A DNA stretch of 64,000 nt from Planctomycetota bacterium (GTDB taxonomy: Bacteria > Planctomycetota > UBA1135 > UBA2386), in contig JBKAGP010000001.1 in NCBI GenBank assembly GCA_046290465.1, positions 6,530,046 through 6,594,045 on the forward strand, written 5' to 3'. Position 1 is the stretch's first letter. Every line of letters starts with the position of its first letter. A model generated the notes under the pieces. That model saw only the letters and a program-made list of their open reading frames with translations, had not been told where the DNA came from and made no database searches. Positions 47,486 through 55,580 of the stretch are shown piece after piece. The position numbers and the translations under genes were made by a program.

Positions 47486-49660
47486 GCCTTGCTGCGGCGG
47501 GGGCGCGGCTTGCGGCAGCGGCGGCGCATGGCTCGCGCGGACCACCGCGGAGTCCCCGTCGAGCCGCAGGTCGCCGTGCCGGCCTGTGACCCACAGTTCG
47601 GTGCCGAACCGGCGGGCGAGCCGGCCGAGCGCGGTGTCGCCGTCGCCGCTGGCCGCCGAAGCGAAGCACGCGCGCGGCCGGACCCGCGCCAGCAGGTGCG
47701 GGGCGTTGCGGTTGGGCCGGCCGTGGTGGGGCAGCACCAGCACGTCGGCGGCGGTCGCGATGCCGTCCGCGAGGGCCGCGGCGATGCCGAGCTCCTGGGC
47801 GTCGCCGGCGAGCAGCACGTCGACCCGGCCGATGGTCGCGCGCACCCACAGGCTGCGGTCGTTGTCGGACGCGGCCGCTGGCAGGTCCGGTGCGAACACG
47901 GTCGCAGAGCCCAGCTCGGTCCGTTGGCCGGGGGCCAGCAGCGTCAGGCGCTCGGCGACCCCGGACAGCGCCGCGTGCAGCGCGGTATCGGCGAGCGCCT
48001 GCGGCAGCACCGCATGCCGGATCCGCAGCCGCGGCAGCAGCCGTTCGACCCCGTTGTGGTGGTCCTGGTCGGCGTGGGTGACCACCAGCACGTCGAGGCT
48101 GCGTCGGGACAGCGCGTCGCATAGCTTGCGCGCCGGCAGGCCGCCGCCCTGCAGGCTGCCGCAGTCGACGGCGATCCGGGTGCCGTCGTCGCCGGTGAGC
48201 AGCGCGGCCTGGCCGTGGCCGATCGCGAACAGCTGCAGCGCCGGCTTTGCAGCGGCCCGCAGCGGCACGAACCACAGCGACGTGATCGCGAACACGCCGA
48301 CTACGATCGAACTGCGCCGGGGCCGGCACGCGACCAGCGCCGCGGCGGCGGCGGTCGCGAGCACCAGCGCCCAGACCGGCGGCACGTGGGTCGCCGGGAT
48401 CGGGGTGCCCGGCAGACCGTCGGCGGCGTGCACGATCGCCGCGTAGCAGGCCGCGATCGCCTGCAGCGGCCACGCCAGCAGCCCGGCGAGCGGCGGGCAG
48501 ATCGCCAAAAGCGTCGCCGCCACCAGCCCGAGCAGCAGCATCGCCGCGACCAGCGGCGCGCACAGCGGCGTCAGCAGGATCGTGCTCGGAGCCAGCTGGC
48601 CGAAGAACCACAGCGTCAGCGGCGTGGTCAGCAGCGTCGCCCAGAACGACGCCCGCAGGGCCTCCAGCAGCCAGCCGCGCAACCCGGCCGGGCGCCGGCC
48701 GCGCAGCGCCAGTCCGAGCCCGATCACGGCGGCGTAGCTGAGCAGGAAGCTCGGTCCGGTCAGCGCCTGCGGGTCGACCGCCGCCGTCACCAGGGCCGGG
48801 ATCAACAGCCCGCGCGCGACGCCGAACGGTCGGCCGGTGCGCGCCGCGACCGCCGCCAGCGCGAACGCGACCACGGCGCGCAGCACCGGCGGCTCGGCGC
48901 CGGCGATGCAGCCATAGACGGACAGCAGGGCCAGCACGAACCAGGTCCGGGCGCGGCCGGCGCCGAGGTGGCGGCCGCGCGTGGTCAGCCCCAGCAGGAA
49001 CGCGAGCATCGCCGCGTGCGCGCCGCTGACCGCCAGCAGGTGGCTGAGCCCGGTCGCGCGGTGGGCCTCGGTCAGCGCGAAGTCCGGGCGGGTGGCGCGG
49101 CCGAGCACCAGCGTCGCCAGCATCGCGCCGTGCGGACCCGGCACCAGCTCGAGCAGGCTGCGCTCGAACGAGCGGCGCAGCAGCGCGCAGCCGCGCGCGA
49201 AGCCGAAGCTGCCCGGCGTGACGTCGGCCGTCGCCGGCACCGCGCGCAGCCGCAGCGGGCCTTCGGGCACGGCGGCGGGACGCGCGAGCGCCAGCGTGCG
49301 CAGCCGGTCGCCGGGCACCACCTCGACGTCGTGCGCGAAGCGCAGGCGCAGCCCGCCGGCGAACGTCACGTCGGTTTGGCCGGTCTGCGGGGTGCGTCGC
49401 ACGTCGGCGACCAGGCCGTCGACGTGCACCGGTCCGGCCGCGAACGGTGTCGCCGGCGCGGCCGGCCGCGGCATCGCGCACAGCAGGATCGGCAGCGCCA
49501 GCAACCCCGCGTGCCGCAGCGGATGCCGCGTGGCGACGCACGTGCAGACGCCGAGCGCCGCCAGCAGCACTGCAGCGGGCAGGCTGATCGCGGCCAGCAC
49601 GGCGGCGGGCAGCGACCAGGCGACGGCGGCGCCGAGCGCGCGATGGGGGCCTTGTTGCAC
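47477..49660 (-). CDS. comEC: ComEC/Rec2 competence protein
   Basis: TGLSHLLAVSGAH, LRA, FLLSY; MBL domain IGHGQA, VDCG, THADQDH, GD, PHHG; start uncertain. Confidence 0.88.
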   Translation of the reverse strand: MQQGPHRALGAAVAWSLPAAVLAAISLPAAVLLAALGVCTCVATRHPLRHAGLLALPILLCAMPRPAAPATPFAAGPVHVDGLVADVRRTPQTGQTDVTFAGGLRLRFAHDVEVVPGDRLRTLALARPAAVPEGPLRLRAVPATADVTPGSFGFARGCALLRRSFERSLLELVPGPHGAMLATLVLGRATRPDFALTEAHRATGLSHLLAVSGAHAAMLAFLLGLTTRGRHLGAGRARTWFVLALLSVYGCIAGAEPPVLRAVVAFALAAVAARTGRPFGVARGLLIPALVTAAVDPQALTGPSFLLSYAAVIGLGLALRGRRPAGLRGWLLEALRASFWATLLTTPLTLWFFGQLAPSTILLTPLCAPLVAAMLLLGLVAATLLAICPPLAGLLAWPLQAIAACYAAIVHAADGLPGTPIPATHVPPVWALVLATAAAAALVACRPRRSSIVVGVFAITSLWFVPLRAAAKPALQLFAIGHGQAALLTGDDGTRIAVDCGSLQGGGLPARKLCDALSRRSLDVLVVTHADQDHHNGVERLLPRLRIRHAVLPQALADTALHAALSGVAERLTLLAPGQRTELGSATVFAPDLPAAASDNDRSLWVRATIGRVDVLLAGDAQELGIAAALADGIATAADVLVLPHHGRPNRNAPHLLARVRPRACFASAASGDGDTALGRLARRFGTELWVTGRHGDLRLDGDSAVVRASHAPPLPQAAPPPQQGLR

Positions 49661-49703
49661 ACTGCTTGGTGCTCCGCGATCGCCAGCGGTTACAGTCCCG
49701 GCA

Positions 49704-50186
49704 ATGGTTTCGGCCCTGTATCCCGGCAGCTTCGATCCGGTCACCCGCGGCCATCTCGACCTGGTCGAGCGCGCGCTGCCCCTGTTCGACCGCCTGACCG
49801 TCGCCGTCGGCATCAACAGCCAGAAGAACCCGACGTTCACGACCGAAGAGCGCGTCGAGATGCTGCGCGAGGTGCTGCCGACGAGCGACAAGCTGTCGGT
49901 GGTGACGTTCACCGGCCTGGTCGTCGAATACTGCCGGCAGCACGGCATCGGCGCGATCCTGCGCGGCGTGCGCACGATCTCGGACTTCGAGTCCGAGTAC
50001 CAGATGGCCCTGACCAACCGCCACCTGGAGCCGACGATCGAGAGCGTGTTCGTGATGCCGAGCGCGCAATACAGCTACGTGTCGTCGTCGTTGATCCGGG
50101 AAGTCGTGCGCAACGGCGGCGATGTCAGTAGCTTCCTGCCCGAAACGGTCGAGCAGCGCCTGCGCGACCGACTCTCGCAATCCTGA
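49704..50186 (+). CDS. coaD: Phosphopantetheine adenylyltransferase
   Basis: YPGSFDPVTRGH, RGVR..SDFESE, VSSSLIRE. Confidence 0.97.
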   Translation: MVSALYPGSFDPVTRGHLDLVERALPLFDRLTVAVGINSQKNPTFTTEERVEMLREVLPTSDKLSVVTFTGLVVEYCRQHGIGAILRGVRTISDFESEYQMALTNRHLEPTIESVFVMPSAQYSYVSSSLIREVVRNGGDVSSFLPETVEQRLRDRLSQS

Positions 50187-50188
50187 TC

Positions 50189-50569
50189 ATGACTCTCGAA
50201 ACCGTCCACACCGACGCCGCCCCGGCCGCGATCGGTCCCTACAGCCAGGCCGTCAAGGTCGGCGACATCCTGTTCTGCTCCGGCCAGATCCCGCTCGACC
50301 CCAAGACCATGGAGATGGTCGGCAGCACCGCCGCCGAGCAGTGCGAGCAGGTGATGACGAACCTGAAGAACCTGCTCGAAGGAGCCGGCGCCAGCCTCGA
50401 AAAGGTCGCGCGTACGACGATCTTCCTGGCCAGCATGTCCGACTTCGCGGCGGTCAACGAGGTCTACGCGAAGCACTTCGGCGAGCACAAGCCGGCGCGC
50501 GCCTGCGTCGCCGTCAAGGAGCTGCCGAAGGCAGCACTGGTCGAGATCGACTGCATCGCGGCGCTGTGA
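50189..50569 (+). CDS. RidA family reactive imine deaminase
   Basis: APAAIGPYSQA, SGQIP, NEVY, PAR, LP...VEIDCIA. Confidence 0.94.
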   Translation: MTLETVHTDAAPAAIGPYSQAVKVGDILFCSGQIPLDPKTMEMVGSTAAEQCEQVMTNLKNLLEGAGASLEKVARTTIFLASMSDFAAVNEVYAKHFGEHKPARACVAVKELPKAALVEIDCIAAL

Positions 50570-51690
50570 CGCCGGGCGCGGCGCCCGCGAACCGGAGTCC
50601 GAAGGTCGCGGCGCTGTGCTGCAGCGTGCTGGTCCTGCTGCTGCCGACGCTGGTGGTGCTGCTCTCGATCGGAGCGGACCCGGCACCGGGAGAGCTGCAG
50701 CGGCTCGAGCGCGTTGTCGAAGGACGCCCGCCGGGCGAACGCATCGACACCGGCACCTCGCGGCTGTTCCACCGCGCCGCGATCGCCGGCGCGACGTGGC
50801 CGGACGAGGCCGACGCGCAGCGGGCCCTGCTGGTCCGCGCGCGGCTGGCGCAGGTCGTCGGCGTCACCGGGCTCGTGTTCCTGACCTATCTGGTCGTGCT
50901 GCTGGCCCGCGGTCGGCTGCAGGCGCTGCTCGCCTGTGGCGCGCTGGCGCTGCTGCCGCCGGTGTTCGACGCCGGCTATGTGCTCCGGGTCGAGACCGCC
51001 GGGGCGCTGTTCGCGCTGCTGTCGGTGGTGCTGATGCAGGTGGCGGCGCTGCCGAACCCGCGGCTGCGGGCCCGGCAACCGCGGCGCGCGCTGGTCGTCG
51101 CCGGCGGGCTGATGCTGTGCGCCGCGGTCGCGATCGCGATGGCCTGCGAAGCGATGCCGTCGCTCGGCGAGTCGTTGCTGGTGCCCGGGGTGGTGCTGGT
51201 GCTCGCGGCGGTGCAGATGGCGGTGCGCGGCCGGCGGTTGCTGAGGCGACGTGGCCTGATGGGCACGCCGATCCGCGCCATCAACCGGCGGCTGATCCCG
51301 TGGACGGCGCTCGGCTTCGTGGCGCCGGCGGTCGCGCTGTGGGTGTTGCGCCGCAGCTACACGGTGTCGGTCGAGCAGCTGGCGGTGACCGTTCCGCACA
51401 GCTCGCTGCTGCCCGCAGGAACGTTCGGTTCCGCGCTGGCGACGGTGCTGCTCGCGCTCGGAGCGGCGACCTGGATCGTGCGCGTCGGCATGCGCTTCGG
51501 GGGCGGCGGCCGGATCTCGCCGCAGCTGATCCTGTTCTCGTTCTGTGCCGTGTTCCTGCTGACGGCGCTCGGCGACGACGTGCCGCACGACCCGCTGCCG
51601 CTGGTGCCGGCCGCGGCGGTGCTCGCGAGCGAGGGGGCGCACGCGCTGCTGGTGCTGCTGCTCGGCGTGCTGGCGCGCCGCCGGCGCTGA
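50566..51690 (+). CDS. Hypothetical polytopic membrane protein
   Basis: GTGA overlap with the RidA stop; many hydrophobic segments. Confidence 0.6.
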   Translation: MTPGAAPANRSPKVAALCCSVLVLLLPTLVVLLSIGADPAPGELQRLERVVEGRPPGERIDTGTSRLFHRAAIAGATWPDEADAQRALLVRARLAQVVGVTGLVFLTYLVVLLARGRLQALLACGALALLPPVFDAGYVLRVETAGALFALLSVVLMQVAALPNPRLRARQPRRALVVAGGLMLCAAVAIAMACEAMPSLGESLLVPGVVLVLAAVQMAVRGRRLLRRRGLMGTPIRAINRRLIPWTALGFVAPAVALWVLRRSYTVSVEQLAVTVPHSSLLPAGTFGSALATVLLALGAATWIVRVGMRFGGGGRISPQLILFSFCAVFLLTALGDDVPHDPLPLVPAAAVLASEGAHALLVLLLGVLARRRR

Positions 51691-51702
51691 CCGACGCGGC
51701 GG

Positions 51703-52806
51703 CTACTTGAGCGCCCGTTCGATCGTGTCGGTCAGGCGCTCGCGGCCGTCGTTGGTGCCGACGTGCAGGCCGAGGCCGGCGACCATGCCCTTGCGGTCGA
51801 TCACGTGCACGACCGGGCCCTCGACGAACCAGCGCAGCGCGACGTCGTTGAGCGGGCCCTTGCCGTCGCCGACCACGTCGAAGTCGATGCCGAGGTCCTT
51901 GACGGCCTTCTTGATCTCCTGGGGATCGCGATCGAGGCAGACGCCGAGCACGGCCAGCTGCCGGTGCTTCTTCTGCAGGTCCTCGAGCATCGCGACCAGC
52001 CGCGGCGTGTCGTAGTCGGCGGCGGTCCAGAACGCGAGCACGACGACCTCGCCCTGGTGCGCGGTCAGCGACCACGGCATCTCGTCGAGCGTCTTGGTCG
52101 TGAACGCGATCGCGTCGTCGCCGACCTTGAGCCGGGTCGCGCGCAGGCGGTCCTTGGCGACCGAACCCCAGTAGGTGCGCGGCAGGTCCTTGGCCAGCGA
52201 TTCCAGCTCGTCGAAGCCGGTGTTCTCGGGCAGGTCTTCGCGGTCGCGCAGCGCGTCGGCGCGGTGCCAGCGCACGAACGCCTTCTGCTCGTCGTCGCGC
52301 GCGTCGGCCAGCGCCTTGGTGAAGATCGCCTCGCCGTGGCTGACCTCGCGCAGCACGGTCATCAGCAGGCGGGCCATCGCCAGTCGGTCGGGCAGCGGCG
52401 CGTCCTTGGTGATGGCGTTGGCGACGAAGCTGTCGCGCAGGTCCTTCAGGCCGACGTGCTGCGCCATCGTCGCGGCGGTCACCAGCACCATCGCCGGGGC
52501 CTCGTTGTGGTCGATGGCGGCGAGCACCTCGGCCGCGGCCTCGCGCTTGCCGCGCACCAGCTCGAGGTCGGCCAGCATCAGGCGGCCGTTCCAGCGGTCG
52601 TCGCCGCGCGCCGTCGAGGCCACGAACTTGCGCAGTTCGGCGACGTGGCGGTCGAGCTGCTGGTCGCGCTGCTCGCGGCTCGGCGAGCTGGCCGCCAGCT
52701 GTTGGACCTCGGCGCGGAAGCGCTGCTCGAGTTCGGCGAGGGTCGACTGCGCCGTAAGCGCAGTGCAGAGACAGGACAAGGCGAGGAGGGCCGCGATCCG
52801 GGTCAT
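51703..52806 (-). CDS. Secreted TPR-like + TlpA/redoxin-fold protein lacking CxxC
   Basis: Signal ending LTA|Q; LKVGDDAIAFT...GEVVVLAFWTAADYD...GVCLD...VIDRKG. Confidence 0.78.
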   Translation of the reverse strand: MTRIAALLALSCLCTALTAQSTLAELEQRFRAEVQQLAASSPSREQRDQQLDRHVAELRKFVASTARGDDRWNGRLMLADLELVRGKREAAAEVLAAIDHNEAPAMVLVTAATMAQHVGLKDLRDSFVANAITKDAPLPDRLAMARLLMTVLREVSHGEAIFTKALADARDDEQKAFVRWHRADALRDREDLPENTGFDELESLAKDLPRTYWGSVAKDRLRATRLKVGDDAIAFTTKTLDEMPWSLTAHQGEVVVLAFWTAADYDTPRLVAMLEDLQKKHRQLAVLGVCLDRDPQEIKKAVKDLGIDFDVVGDGKGPLNDVALRWFVEGPVVHVIDRKGMVAGLGLHVGTNDGRERLTDTIERALK

Positions 52807-52879
52807 GGTGGGCAGCATAGCGAAATCCGTGCCGTCGTGATGCCCTGCGAGCTTGCAGTGCGGCCCGGGATTCGTTGCG

Positions 52880-54217
52880 ATGGGGCGGTTGGACGCGCTG
52901 CTGGAGGTTTCGGACTACACCCTGAAGGGCACCGGAGGGTTCGCCGTCCGGTTGCCGCAACTGCGGCTGCCGCCGGGAGGCGTGGCCGCGCTGTACGGTC
53001 CGTCCGGCTGTGGCAAGACCAGCATGCTGGTGTCGATGTTCGGGCTGCTGCAACGGCGCGGCTGGGCCGGCGAAGGTTCGGTGCAGCTGCGCGGGCAGCA
53101 GCTGGTCGGCGCGGCCGCCGGTGACCTGCAGGAGCTACGTCGCACGCAGATGGCGTTCTTGATGCAGGACGCCCACAATGCGCTCGATCCGCTGGTCCGC
53201 GTCGGCGAGCAGGTGCAGGCGGCCACCGGCAAGGGGCGCGACGACGTCGTCGCGATGCTGCAGCAGCTCGGCGTCGCCGACGCCGACGCGCTGTGCGAGC
53301 GGCAGCCGCACCGGATCTCGGGCGGGCAGGCGCAGCGGGTGCTGCTGTCGATCGCGTTTCTGCGGCGGCCGCCGCTGGTGATCGCCGACGAGCCGTCGGC
53401 CAGCCTCGACGGTGGCTCCTACGCCGAACTGGTCGCGCGGCTGCGCGAGCTGGTCGACGCCGGCTCGGCGCTGATGATGGCGACCCACGACCACCGCCTG
53501 CTGCGCGACCTCGGCGCCGAGGTCTACGCGCTGCGCGGCGACGGCTTCGAGCGCGCCGAGCCCGACCAGGAGCCGTGGCCGACGCGGCCGCCCGAGGACG
53601 TCGGCACGATCGCGGTGCTCGAGGCCGAAAGGGTGCGGGTCGCGTTCGGCGAACGTGCGGTGCTCGACGACGTCGACCTGGTGCTGCGCCGCGGCGAGAT
53701 CGTGGCGCTGCTCGGCGAGTCGGGCGCCGGCAAGACCACGTTGATGCGGGTGCTGGCCGGCCATCGTCGGCCCGATCACGGCGACGTCGTGCGGCCGCCG
53801 CGACGGGCGGCGGTGCAGCTGGTCTGCCAGGACGCGCTGGCGTCGCTGACGCCGCGCCGCACCCTGCGCAGCATGCTCGGCGAGGCCCACGCCGCCTACT
53901 TCGACGCCGGCGCCGGGGCCAGCTCGGTCCGCCTGCCGGAGGCGGTGCTCGAGCGCACCGCGGCCTCGATGTCCGGCGGCGAACGGCGCCGCGCCGCGCT
54001 GCTGCGCGCGATCGCGGTGCAGCCGGACGTACTGCTGCTCGACGAACCGACCGCATCGCTCGACCGCAGCTCGGCGGTGACCGTGATCGACAACCTGTTG
54101 ACGATGCAGCGCAGCCGCGCGCTGGCGCTGCTCGTCGCGACTCACGACGAGAGCCTCGCCGAGGCGATCGCCCACCGAAGCCTGATCCTCAAGGAGGGCC
54201 GCCTGTGCGAAGTCTGA
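52880..54217 (+). CDS. ABC transporter ATP-binding protein with two fused NBDs (OppD/F-like)
   Basis: GPSGCGKT/ISGGQ/IADEP/THD and GESGAGKT/MSGGE/LLDEP/THD. Confidence 0.9.
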   Translation: MGRLDALLEVSDYTLKGTGGFAVRLPQLRLPPGGVAALYGPSGCGKTSMLVSMFGLLQRRGWAGEGSVQLRGQQLVGAAAGDLQELRRTQMAFLMQDAHNALDPLVRVGEQVQAATGKGRDDVVAMLQQLGVADADALCERQPHRISGGQAQRVLLSIAFLRRPPLVIADEPSASLDGGSYAELVARLRELVDAGSALMMATHDHRLLRDLGAEVYALRGDGFERAEPDQEPWPTRPPEDVGTIAVLEAERVRVAFGERAVLDDVDLVLRRGEIVALLGESGAGKTTLMRVLAGHRRPDHGDVVRPPRRAAVQLVCQDALASLTPRRTLRSMLGEAHAAYFDAGAGASSVRLPEAVLERTAASMSGGERRRAALLRAIAVQPDVLLLDEPTASLDRSSAVTVIDNLLTMQRSRALALLVATHDESLAEAIAHRSLILKEGRLCEV

Positions 54218-55509
54218 TCGGAGCGTTGTGGTCGTGCGTGCTGCTGGTCGGCATCGCGCCGTCGCAGTCGCCGTGCACGTGGCTGCATCTCGACGGCGCC
54301 GACGCGACCGCGATCGGCGTGCTGTTCCCGAGCGGCTTCGACGACGACCCGAAGGGCCGCTCGGGGCTGGCGGCGGTGGTCGCGGCGGCGCGGCTCGAAC
54401 AGGGCCGCCGCGCCGGCGGTGCGCTGCTGGCGAGCGGCGCGCAGGTCGGGGCCGACCACGCGATCGTGTTCGCGGTGGTCGGGCGCGACGATCACCGCAA
54501 CGCGGTCGCGTTCCTCGAGGCGCTGCGCGGCGACGGCGGCGACCTCGACGACGACACGCTGGCGCTGGCGATCGCGCGCACGGCGCTGCTCGCCGACGAC
54601 GCCGAGTACCTCTATCCGGGCGACGTCATGCGCACGCGCGCCCGCCGCCGCCTCGGGGCCGGCACGGTGCTGGCCCGGCCGCCGCGCGGGGTCGCCGACG
54701 AGTGCATCGCGCTGACGCCGGCGATCGTGCGCAAACGGCTCGCCGCCGAGACCCCGGTCCGGGTCGCCGCACTCGGGGTCGTCGACCAGCGCTGGATCGA
54801 AGCGATCGGCGGGTTGCCCTGGCCGCAGCAGCCGTGCGCGGTCGCCGCGCCCCGGGTCTGCCAGCCGCCGCGCCGCGTGCCCGACCGCACCGAGGACGTC
54901 AGCGCGCGTGCCGACTCGCCGTACGTCGCGGTGGCGTTCGCCGCACCGCCGCCCGCGCAGCGGCCGGCGTTCGCGATCGGCGTCGAGATCGCGCGCGCCC
55001 GCGCGTTCCGCCGCTTCGACCTGCGCGGCCGCGAACTGTTCGCGCGCGCGCCGTTCGTCAGCTGGTCGTGGCTGCACCAGGATCCGCTGCTGATGCTGTT
55101 CCGTCGCGGCGAGGACCAGGTGCAGCTGCTGCCCGGCGAGCGACCGGCGGCGACCGTCGACGACGAGGTCGAGGCGACCCGGCGCGAACTGCAGGCGCTG
55201 CTCGAGGACCTGCGCAAGCTGCCGCCGAGCCCGGCGGAAGTCGCCACCGCCCGGGCCGCGCTGCGTGGCCAGCTGGCGCTGCCGGGGCCGGGCGAGGCTG
55301 CGCCGTGGGCCAAGGAGCCGGCGACCCTGCCCGGCCGGCTGCAGGTGTTGTTGCTGCGCGAGTACCACGGCGTCGATGTCGCGAATCTCGACGGCATCAC
55401 CCCGGAGATGGTGGCGAAGTCCCTGATCGAGACGCTGCCGGAGCAGCGCGCCAGCTGGCACGCGATGGTGCCGCGGCGGCGCGACCGGCTCGGCTACCGG
55501 CGACGGTGA
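54205..55509 (+). CDS. Exported M16 peptidase-like protein, probably catalytically inactive
   Basis: Signal peptide; SGFDDDPKGRSGLAAVV matches the M16 pre-HxxEH segment but lacks His/Glu; SD AAGGAGG; overlaps the ABC gene. Confidence 0.6.
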   Translation: MRSLIGALWSCVLLVGIAPSQSPCTWLHLDGADATAIGVLFPSGFDDDPKGRSGLAAVVAAARLEQGRRAGGALLASGAQVGADHAIVFAVVGRDDHRNAVAFLEALRGDGGDLDDDTLALAIARTALLADDAEYLYPGDVMRTRARRRLGAGTVLARPPRGVADECIALTPAIVRKRLAAETPVRVAALGVVDQRWIEAIGGLPWPQQPCAVAAPRVCQPPRRVPDRTEDVSARADSPYVAVAFAAPPPAQRPAFAIGVEIARARAFRRFDLRGRELFARAPFVSWSWLHQDPLLMLFRRGEDQVQLLPGERPAATVDDEVEATRRELQALLEDLRKLPPSPAEVATARAALRGQLALPGPGEAAPWAKEPATLPGRLQVLLLREYHGVDVANLDGITPEMVAKSLIETLPEQRASWHAMVPRRRDRLGYRRR

Positions 55510-55580
55510 AGAACGGGCGGCTGGGTTGCCGATGGGGGTAGTGGAGACTCCGCACGACCAAGCTCCGCTGCAGCCAATCG

